DNA of 64,000 nt from Candidatus Cloacimonadota bacterium (GTDB lineage: Bacteria > Cloacimonadota > Cloacimonadia > G963667145): assembly GCA_963676615.1 (NCBI GenBank), contig OY781092.1:832001-896000 (forward strand), in the 5' to 3' direction. A program made the position numbers and the translations under genes. Positions 26,018 to 34,595 of this stretch are shown here, in pieces. The first letter of the stretch is position 1; each line of letters opens with the position of its first letter. The notes beneath the pieces are model-generated. The model made no database searches, was not told where the DNA came from, and worked only from the letters and a program-made list of their open reading frames with translations.

Positions 26018-28093
26018 TTGCCCAGTCGTACTCTTCTTTTTTCAAAGTCGGGAACTCGCCGTCTGGTACATCCAAATTCCAATCGTCAGAGCTCAAGCCC
26101 ATATTTGTCCACAAGGTGCTACTGGGGCTAGCTGATGTCCCTACTGCATTAAAGCCGTTAAAGCCCATGTTTTCACTTGGAAAATAATAATAGTTAGGAG
26201 TGCCATTCGTTCCGCTATTAGTCTGATAAATATAGCCTCCATACCTGGTTCCATCGCCTCCAGCATAAAGTATTCCAATACCATATGCATAATTTTGCTT
26301 AACTGTCCCAGAATTATTCTTTGCCGTTATTCCGCCAAAATTTACGGTACTAAACTCATGCGCAGAAATGGATACATTTGAAGGATAAGAGACGATATTC
26401 TTCGTGACAGAGGCTGCGGAAGACACTTTGCCTGCTATGCCTCCTACATATGATGTTCCTCTAAGACTTGAACTGAAAAGAGTGGATACATCAACAAAGC
26501 AATTTGTGATGCTTCCTGCAGACAACTCTCCCACCAACGCCCCCACATATCTAGTTTCCAATATAGGATAGGACACTTCAAACCAACTATAGTTAACAGA
26601 GATATTAGATAATTCCCCATTCATAGTCCCGATAAACCCAAAATGATCGCCACCGCTAGAATGGGAATATTTAAAATTAAAAAGTGAATGCCCTTTACCA
26701 TCAAAACCGTTACAACTTCTTATTAATGTTGCAGGTCGCGTAGGGTAATTCAATGTCCAAATATAGATAGGTTCTGAAAGCCGAAGATCCACATCTGTCC
26801 ATAAAGTTAGATCTGTAGAAAGTGCATTATCAATAATCTTATAAAAGTTTACATTTGTAAAAATATCGGTCTCCGCTTCTCCAAAATTGCTTCCATTGTC
26901 CAACTCATACCCACGGCGTGGAATTAAATCCGTCATAGAAACAGAACTGCCTTTTGGCACAGGATAAAGAGATGCGCCGTTTGTAAATTCCCAAGCACTG
27001 GCAGACTCATTTGGGTCAAATTGAGACTGATCATCCCAAAATTGAATATCATCAGAACGCTCAGTAGGAGAAAGTGACCCATCTTTGTCTCCGACAAAAA
27101 GATTGCCACCATGTTTATAAGTGTGCCCAGCAAAAGCAGTTTTTCCAACAAAACTTGCCCCTGTGTAATTAGTGGTGTTTCCAGCCCAATACGGATAAAA
27201 TTTTATGGAGTCTGCGTCGTTTTGGTCTAGCAGGGCGAAGCCTGTCTCTACCCAACCGTAGTTGCCGCCTACGGTTCCAGCTTCAGCGCCCCAAATCCTG
27301 CCGAAAGTTGCTTCTTTTAGGGGCTTTTCTCCGCCAATCCTAAACATATCGAGCATCGAAACGCAATAACGAAGAGTAGTGCCACTGCCGACATTCCCTG
27401 CTATTCCGCCTGTGTAGAAGTCTGTATCGGGGCTTTTACTGGTAATCGTGCCGTTGACCACTAGGCATTTTTCGATAGTGGCGCCGCCAGTCATATTCCC
27501 TGCGAACATCCCCAGATACCGCTCGCCTGTCAGGTAGCAGTCTTTGATGAGGCAGTTTTGGATAGTGCCGCCGCTTATCTCTGCGGCGAGGATGCCGACC
27601 GTATCGCCTTCATGGACGACCGTGGCGTTCTCGATGACCAGATTTTCACCGTGCCGGTGAGGTTTTCGAACATCGCTTTGCCGCTTATCGTAAAGTTTTT
27701 AATCGTGTGACCTCCGCCGTCGAAAGTATGAGAATAATTTGGAAGCGACGGGAACTTTCTTCCTTTATAATCTATGTCCTCTGTTAAAGTTGTATCCTTA
27801 TTGCTAAAAACGACATCGAAGTCGTCGCGATACATCCGCTGTCCTTTTCGTTGATAAGGCAGCACACCTTCATACTGTATCCAAGGTTTACCTTCTAAGG
27901 CAAGAGAATCGTTATTAACCGCATCAGTCCCCCAGAGGTCTTGCCAGAAAGTTTCGCTATACATTTCGTCTGCTCCGATTTCCTGTCCGCTTTTATCATT
28001 AGCAGCCGCAAATAAAAAACTCCCGCTAAACAAAACGCCAAAAACCAAGGCGGCGACCAGCACATTTTTTTTAAATTGAAAAAACTTTTTCAT
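26010..28093 (-). pseudogene. GLUG-motif-like surface protein, paralog 2, split by a 1-bp frameshift (ORFs 27575-28093 and 26010-27509)
   Basis: Alignment to paralog 1 shows GATTTTTCAC (21481) versus GATTTTCAC (27641). One T is missing in the run at 27643-27646; restoring it gives ~694 aa. Could be an assembly error. Confidence 0.8.
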
Positions 28094-28179
28094 CTTTTTC
28101 CCTATTTCGTTTTAATTTATATAATGCCAAAGAATTGTGTCGCAACGATAGCCGTCAAGGAATTTCGTATTTATGGGGG

Positions 28180-28640
28180 GGGGTCTCTTATCAGAGGGAT
28201 TATTCGTTACCTTTTTTTGTCTGAACAAAGAAAGGTAGATAAAAAGTCACGCTGAAAGCGTCGCGCTTCTCATCCGTGCAAAACAAGAAGTGCCTGGACT
28301 TCTGACACCAAAATAGGGGCTTACCATCTGCTGCTTATATTTTGGTGTCAGAAATGAGGGGGCTTGGCGGCTTGTGTTTTTCCAAAACGCCAAGGCGTGC
28401 CTTGGGCTTCCTGCCTTTCTTCCCTCATTCCATCGAAAGAGGGAATCCATCTCTAACAGCATTCTACGAAATGGGGGCTGGTTGGTGGCAGAATTATTTG
28501 CTTGTGCACTTCTCGTCCGTGCAGAGCAAGGAGCGCCTAGATTCCTGCCTGCGCAGGAATGAGGGGGAGGGGGGAGTTGGCGGCGGTTTTAACTATTAAC
28601 TAACAACTAATACCTGCTTTGGAGCGCCAGCGACAAAGCC
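28180..28640. repeat. Modular repeat cluster 4 (hairpin G, IR22 inside a REP, REP2, REP1, heptamers, hairpin A)
   Basis: 28460-28640 is near-identical to 31345-31525. Confidence 0.88.
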
Positions 28641-28668
28641 TTCTGCACCTTTTAGCCTCTCCCAAACT

Positions 28669-28950
28669 TTACCAATCTGCCGCCAAATCTCGCCATTGAG
28701 GATTACGCTGTTCAATCAGCTTGACCTTCCAAGCTCTTTTCCACTTCTTCAAGCTTTTTTCTCGTCGCACAGCTTCCATCACCGTTTCGTATTCCTCATA
28801 GTAAACCAGCCGATTGACGCCGTATTTGCTTGTAAAGCAACCGTTATTGCGCTTTTCTTTGTGGAAAATCATTCTACTTTCGAGGTTTCTGGTCGTTCCA
28901 ATGTAAAGCGTCCCGTTTCGAGATGACGCTAGGATGTAAACATATTGCAT
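28669..28950 (-). CDS. Small standalone GIY-YIG nuclease (UPF0213-like), copy 1, 93 aa
   Basis: YVYIL...GTLYIGTTRNLESR...FTSKYGV..LVYYE...AVRREKSLKKW; ATG at 28950 follows AGGAGGA. Confidence 0.92.
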   Translation of the reverse strand: MQYVYILASSRNGTLYIGTTRNLESRMIFHKEKRNNGCFTSKYGVNRLVYYEEYETVMEAVRREKSLKKWKRAWKVKLIEQRNPQWRDLAADW

Positions 28951-29080
28951 AGCTCCTCCTGTGCGTCTAAGTAGCAAAGCGAGCTGTTTTGGGGAAGTCC
29001 ACTCTTTTTTGTCTTTTTGTTTGGTTTGTTGTTTTTTGCAAAAAAAATGGTACCTAGATTCCTGCCTGCGCAGGAATGAG

Positions 29081-29719
29081 GGGGCTCTTAGGCGGCGGAA
29101 TTATCAACTATCAATTGTAACTTATCAATTGCTTTGGAGCGATGAGCGACAAAGCCTCTGCCTGCGCAGGAATGAAAGGGGCTTGGGCGTTGTGATTTTT
29201 CCAAGACGCCAAAGCGTGCCTTCGGCTTCTTGAACTTCTCCCTCATTCTCGCGGAAGCGGGAATCCATCTCTAACAGCATTCTAAGAAATGGGGGCTCTT
29301 AGGCGGCGGAATTATCAACTATCAATTGTAACTTATCAATTGCTTTGGAGCGATGAGCGACAAAGCCTCTGCCTGCGCAGGAATGAAAGGGGCTTGGGCG
29401 TTGTGATTTTTCCAAGACGCCAAAGCGTGCCTTCGGCTTCTTGAACTTCTCCCTCATTCTCGCGGAAGCGGGAATCCATCTCTAACAGCATTCTAAGAAA
29501 TGGGGGCTCTTAGGCGGCGGAATTATCAACTATCAATTGTAACTTATCAATTGCTTTGGAGCGATGAGCGACAAAGCCTCTGCCTGCGCAGGAATGAAAG
29601 GGGCTTGGGCGTTGTGATTTTTCCAAGACGCCAAAGCGTGCCTTCGGCTTCTTGAACTTCTCCCTCATTCTCGCGGAAGCGGGAATCCATCTCTAACAGC
29701 ATTCTAAGAAATGGGGGCT
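29081..29719. repeat. Perfect tandem array of three 211-bp units (heptamers, hairpin A', REP1, spacer, inverted REP2)
   Basis: GGCGGCGGAATTATC starts at 29091, 29302 and 29513, with a variant at 29724: period 211. Confidence 0.95.
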
Positions 29720-29816
29720 GGTTGGTGGCAGAATTATCAACTATCAATTGTAACTTATCAATTGCTTTGGAGCGCCAGCGACAAAGCCTTCTGCACCTTT
29801 TAGCCTCTCCCAAACT

Positions 29817-30098
29817 TTACCAATCTGCCGCCAAATCTCGCCATTGAGGATTACGCTGTTCAATCAGCTTGACCTTCCAAGCTCTTTTCCACTTCTTCAA
29901 GCTTTTTTCTCGTCGCACAGCTTCCATCACCGTTTCGTATTCCTCATAGTAAACCAGCCGATTGACGCCGTATTTGCTTGTAAAGCAACCGTTATTGCGC
30001 TTTTCTTTGTGGAAAATCATTCTACTTTCGAGGTTTCTGGTCGTTCCAATGTAAAGCGTCCCGTTTCGAGATGACGCTAGGATGTAAACATATTGCAT
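29817..30098 (-). CDS. Small standalone GIY-YIG nuclease, copy 2 (identical to copy 1)
   Basis: Part of an exact 527-bp direct repeat 28615-29141 / 29763-30289 (offset 1148). Confidence 0.92.
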   Translation of the reverse strand: MQYVYILASSRNGTLYIGTTRNLESRMIFHKEKRNNGCFTSKYGVNRLVYYEEYETVMEAVRREKSLKKWKRAWKVKLIEQRNPQWRDLAADW

Positions 30099-30304
30099 AG
30101 CTCCTCCTGTGCGTCTAAGTAGCAAAGCGAGCTGTTTTGGGGAAGTCCACTCTTTTTTGTCTTTTTGTTTGGTTTGTTGTTTTTTGCAAAAAAAATGGTA
30201 CCTAGATTCCTGCCTGCGCAGGAATGAGGGGGCTCTTAGGCGGCGGAATTATCAACTATCAATTGTAACTTATCAATTGCTTTGGAGCGCCAGCGACAAA
30301 GCCT

Positions 30305-30577
30305 TTATCTAAAGATATTAAAAAGAAAAGTGATTGCAGACAAGACAAAAATTGTTTGGGCTGTTAGCAAGCCGACAACCCACCTAAGAGTCTCATTTTT
30401 GCTATCGGAAATTGCCTTTTCCAGCCTCATTATGTCCTCTTTGGAGGAGATATTGTTTTCAAAAACTTCCTTGTTTTCACGAGCCAAAGTTTCGGCTTGC
30501 TTTTGCGAAAAACCACCTTTGACAAGATGTTTAGTGTATTCCAAAGTGTCAAAAAAGTTCAGTGCGTGCGTGCTCAT
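30305..30577 (-). CDS. DUF1640 / CCDC90-like small coiled-coil membrane-anchored protein
   Basis: FDTLEY...L..GGFSQKQAE head, SKEDI..LE neck and C-terminal hydrophobic helix; ATG at 30577 follows AAGGAGG. Confidence 0.75.
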   Translation of the reverse strand: MSTHALNFFDTLEYTKHLVKGGFSQKQAETLARENKEVFENNISSKEDIMRLEKAISDSKNETLRWVVGLLTAQTIFVLSAITFLFNIFR

Positions 30578-30699
30578 TACTTCCTCCTTTTTTTTGATTA
30601 ACAACTCAAAAGTTTACGCTTGGATTTTGTTGTCAATTTTTTATTTTATTTTGCAGAGCGTAGTCAAAGCAGAAACAGGGACGACTGGTCAAACAACGA

Positions 30700-31572
30700 C
30701 TACCAACCCTTCGTCATTGCGGGCAACGACCCGCAAAAGGCTTCGTTATTAGTCTGACACCAAAATAGTCTCTTAGCATTTGTTGCTTGTCTTTTGGTGT
30801 CAGGCAATCTTTACAAGAGTCGCAGAGTTTTTCTCTTATCAGAGGGCTTATTCGTTACCTTTTTTTGTCTGAACAAAAATAAGGTAACACCAAAAAAAAT
30901 CAAATCATAAACCAAAATTCTAACTTGCAAAACTCACTCGCAGTGGCTGTAGCAAAGGCTTTAAGATCAAGTCGGGCAGTCCTTTCGTAAGAGATTAAAT
31001 CCTTTGGACAGCCAGCTAACTTCAGTCGTTTGAGCAAGTTCACGAATTGAGTCTTGAATGATTGCTAACCCGCCTCGCCCGCTTGTGCGCCCAGTCTGGC
31101 GATAGGTCGGCGTTGGCTATCTTGCTTCATCTAAAACAGAGATACGCCAAAACCAACTACAAAAAACCAAAAAAGTTACGATAAATCACAGACTTACGAA
31201 CAATTACGGAAGTGCTCTCTTCCACGGAAATCTCTAAACACCTCTCGAAACTTCTCTGTTTTTTGAAGCAAGCGTCCTTTTCTGCTTCTCTTTTCGGACG
31301 CCCGAAAAGATGAAGACCAGTCTGGTAAGACATCATCTTTAACAGCATTCTGAAAAATGGGGGCTGGTTGGTGGCGGAATTATTTGCTTGTGCACTTCTC
31401 GTCCGTGCAGAGCAAGGAGTGCCTGGATTCCTGCCTGCGCAGGAATGAGGGGGAGGGGGGAGTTGGCGGCGGTTTTAACTATTACCTAATAACTAATACC
31501 TGCTTTGGAGCGCCAGCGACAAAGCAAAGCGGCGGCGGAATTATCAATCATCAATTGTAACTTATCAATTGC
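30700..31572. repeat. Modular repeat cluster 5 (CGTC palindrome, IR22, hairpin G, D, E3, REP1, heptamers, hairpin A)
   Basis: Same modules; ends 1 bp from the cinA stop codon. Confidence 0.9.
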
Positions 31573-31573
31573 T

Positions 31574-32797
31574 CTACAGCCTCAGCAGCAACTCACTCAC
31601 CAGATGATTGACCGCCCTCTGCCGAATAACATTTCGTTGCCCAGCCAAAATCTTGCTGAAACTCCGCATCTGCCCGCGATAGTACACGGCGAACCACACC
31701 AAACCAACTGGCTTCTCTTGGCTGCCGCCATCTGGACCAGCGATGCCCGTGATCGCCACCGTCAAATCAGCCGAAAATCGCTCTGCTGCGCCCTTTGCCA
31801 TCTGCTCCACAACCTCCTTACTTACAGCCCCAAAATCAGCTAGCGTTTTAGCGTCAACGCCCAAAATTTTCTCTTTAATTGCGTTTGCATAACTCACCAC
31901 TCCGCCAAGCAAATACGAAGAACTCCCTGCAAAATCAACCAGTTGGCTCGCCAGCATCCCGCCTGTGCAAGACTCCGCAATCGCCAAAGTAATCTTCTTT
32001 TGCAAAAGTTTTTCGTGCAGTTTCTGCAAAAGAGTCTCATCACCAGATCCGACTATCTGCTGCTCAAAAATCTGCTCCAACTGCGCCTGCAGCAACTTGC
32101 AGCCAGCCACATTTTCGCCATAAATCCGCAAATCGACATAACCACCCTGCGGCAAATACGCCAAATTTACGCCACTGGCAAAGCTCAACCCTTGCGTCTT
32201 TTCGCCAATCAGAGCCTCGGGCATTCCACACAAATGCAGCGTCTGCAAATAAAAATCACGCTGTGGCAAAATCTTTTTTAGCTGCGGCATCACCAACTTT
32301 TCCACAAAAAACTTCATCTCGCTCGGCACGCCCGGCATCAAAAAAATCTTTTTCGCTCCCTGAACTTTGTATAACGCTGGAGCTGTCCCCATCTCGTTTT
32401 CGCAAAACTGAAAACCGCCAGGAATCAACGCCTGTCCCTTATTATTCTCGGGCGAAATCTGCCCCGTGCGCTCCTGATAAAACAGCTTAATCTTTGCCCA
32501 CAAATCTGCGTCCAACTGCAATTTTTGCCCAAAAAAATCAGCCACAACTCCTCTGGTGATATCATCCACAGTCGGTCCCAAACCGCCCGTGCAAACCACC
32601 ACTTCTGCCAAATTATACGCAAAATTCAGCATCTGCGTTATCGACTCTTTTGTGTCGGCGCACGCCAAATTGGCGACCACCTCATATCCAGCAAGCGACA
32701 GCCGCTCTCCGATAAAAGCGGCGTTCGTGTTCACCGTCTTCCCCAGCAAAATCTCGTTGCCAATCGACAACACAACAATTTTATTCATAATTTTCAC
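31574..32797 (-). CDS. cinA: Competence/damage-inducible protein CinA (MocF-like plus NMN deamidase PncC domain)
   Basis: IGNEILLG..VNTNA, GGLGPT.DD.T, AESCTGG and ITGIAGPDGG motifs. Confidence 0.93.
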   Translation of the reverse strand: MKIMNKIVVLSIGNEILLGKTVNTNAAFIGERLSLAGYEVVANLACADTKESITQMLNFAYNLAEVVVCTGGLGPTVDDITRGVVADFFGQKLQLDADLWAKIKLFYQERTGQISPENNKGQALIPGGFQFCENEMGTAPALYKVQGAKKIFLMPGVPSEMKFFVEKLVMPQLKKILPQRDFYLQTLHLCGMPEALIGEKTQGLSFASGVNLAYLPQGGYVDLRIYGENVAGCKLLQAQLEQIFEQQIVGSGDETLLQKLHEKLLQKKITLAIAESCTGGMLASQLVDFAGSSSYLLGGVVSYANAIKEKILGVDAKTLADFGAVSKEVVEQMAKGAAERFSADLTVAITGIAGPDGGSQEKPVGLVWFAVYYRGQMRSFSKILAGQRNVIRQRAVNHLVSELLLRL

Positions 32798-34023
32798 CTC
32801 CGATGCACATCGACCTGCGGAAACGGAATTTCAATTTGATGAAATTTCAGCGCATCCCAAATGTCCATCAGCACGCTCTCACGCGCCTGATGCATCTCAC
32901 TACCAACATCTAGCACCCAAAACAGCACCAAAAAATCGACTGAGCTATCTCCAAAATCTGCCAAATACGCCCTAGCCGCTGGATTTTTTGCCACAAAACG
33001 GTTATTGTTCAGCGCTTCCTGCAAAATTTGCTTCACCTCCGCTGGATTGGCATCATAACTCACTCCAACCGTTACACTTAGCCGCACTTGCCTATTCGAC
33101 AAAGTCAAATTCACCACCTTATCGCTGACAAACTTTTCGTTGGGAATCAAAATCTCTTTACCCTCAAAACTCCTGACAATCGTGTTGCGCACGCCAATCG
33201 AGCTAATCGTCCCAGCCACATTGTCCACCTCCACAACAGAGCCTTTCTCGATGCTTTTGTCCATCAGCAAAATAAATCCGCTGACCAAATTGGCGATGAT
33301 ATTTTTCAAGCCAAAACCGACACCGATACCGATCGAGCCTGTCAAAAAAGCGAACTTCGACAAATCTAAGCCCAAAATATTCAAGCAAATCAGCGCAAAA
33401 ATAAAGACAATCCCGACATTGCTCACCTTGACCAGCAAATCCCTAGAATTCGGCGGCAGCTCCCACTGCTTTTGGATGAAACCCTCGATTCTGGTGTTCA
33501 CCTGCGAAAAAAGCCAAATCAGAAGGCAAGTAATCCCAACGCTTTTCAGAAGATCGTAGATGCTCAACGAAAAATCGCCCACATGAAAAGTCAAAAGCGA
33601 CTGCTCAATCTCCATAACGCTCAGCAGCGTCAGACTAATTATCGAAATCGAAATAAATGTGAAGAGGATGTTTTTTTTCGGAAAAAATTTGGTAAAACGA
33701 ATCACGCCCCAGAGGAAACAAAGTTTCAGGCAAAAATAGAGGATGTAGGAGTGCAAAAAAAACTGCTCGTTTATGATGTGAATGACCGCCAAAAATAAAA
33801 TCGTCAGGAGCGGAAACAAAATCAGCTCCAAAAACTCCATAATTTTTTTGTGCTTGACGATAACCTTTGTGCGACGGAAAGTTTTTAGGAAAATTTTGGA
33901 CAAAACAAAGCAAAAAGCCAAAATTCCCAAAAAAGCGAGTAGCTGGTAAAAATTGTAGTAGTTTCCAAAAAAATCTTGCCAATTTTGTAGCGCCGAGTCG
34001 AAAAATTTCGTCATTTTTTGCAA
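32794..34023 (-). CDS. Small-conductance mechanosensitive channel (MscS family)
   Basis: GIGVGFGLKNIIANLVSG, ILIPN, VGVSY, FGDSS and IEIPFPQ motifs. Confidence 0.92.
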   Translation of the reverse strand: MQKMTKFFDSALQNWQDFFGNYYNFYQLLAFLGILAFCFVLSKIFLKTFRRTKVIVKHKKIMEFLELILFPLLTILFLAVIHIINEQFFLHSYILYFCLKLCFLWGVIRFTKFFPKKNILFTFISISIISLTLLSVMEIEQSLLTFHVGDFSLSIYDLLKSVGITCLLIWLFSQVNTRIEGFIQKQWELPPNSRDLLVKVSNVGIVFIFALICLNILGLDLSKFAFLTGSIGIGVGFGLKNIIANLVSGFILLMDKSIEKGSVVEVDNVAGTISSIGVRNTIVRSFEGKEILIPNEKFVSDKVVNLTLSNRQVRLSVTVGVSYDANPAEVKQILQEALNNNRFVAKNPAARAYLADFGDSSVDFLVLFWVLDVGSEMHQARESVLMDIWDALKFHQIEIPFPQVDVHRR

Positions 34024-34034
34024 CTTAATTCACC

Positions 34035-34565
34035 TCACTTACCATATTTTTGCTTGTAGCAATCCAAAAAATACCGATGCGACGAAAAAGGAATGAAGCT
34101 AAAATCTGAGCCTAGGCTCACAAACTTTAGGTCAACTGCGTCGTCGCCAGCTTTGGGCGTTCCGCTGCAGCCGCTCATCACAAATCCAAAAGAAAATATG
34201 CGATGATAAATCGGCGACGGTCCCACAAAGTAGCCCAAATATTCGCCCGCATCGCCAGCAAGATTTGTCTCCTCTTTCATCTCCTGCACCGCCGCCTGCG
34301 CTGGCGTCTGGTTGATTTCGATGTAACCCGAGGGCAAAGCCCAACTGCCAGCACACGGCGCAAATTTTCGCTTAATAAGGCAAACCTCGTTTTTTTCGTT
34401 GAAAATCAAACACACCGCCGCAGGAATCGGATTAAGATACTTTATCCAGCCGCACGCAGGACAAATCGCCCTGATTTTGTTCTCCCGATCGGGCTTAATC
34501 TCGAGCTTCGTCCCGCAACAAACGCAAAAATTGATACCTTTATACAAATCCGCTTCTATTTTCAC
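34035..34565 (-). CDS. NUDIX hydrolase with N-terminal zinc ribbon
   Basis: FC..CG and CPACG zinc ribbon; WALPSGYIE...A..EMKEET Nudix box. Confidence 0.9.
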   Translation of the reverse strand: MKIEADLYKGINFCVCCGTKLEIKPDRENKIRAICPACGWIKYLNPIPAAVCLIFNEKNEVCLIKRKFAPCAGSWALPSGYIEINQTPAQAAVQEMKEETNLAGDAGEYLGYFVGPSPIYHRIFSFGFVMSGCSGTPKAGDDAVDLKFVSLGSDFSFIPFSSHRYFLDCYKQKYGK

Positions 34566-34595
34566 TTGATATTCCTTATTTAATCGACTGCAAAA

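Noticed and set aside
29081..29719. CRISPR array
   Set aside because: Units are 211 bp and identical, with no unique spacers, and there are no cas genes in the window.
11069..31572. Integron cassette array with attC sites
   Set aside because: Hairpin A and the other modules lack RYYYAAC...GTTRRRY ends, and no tyrosine integrase is present.
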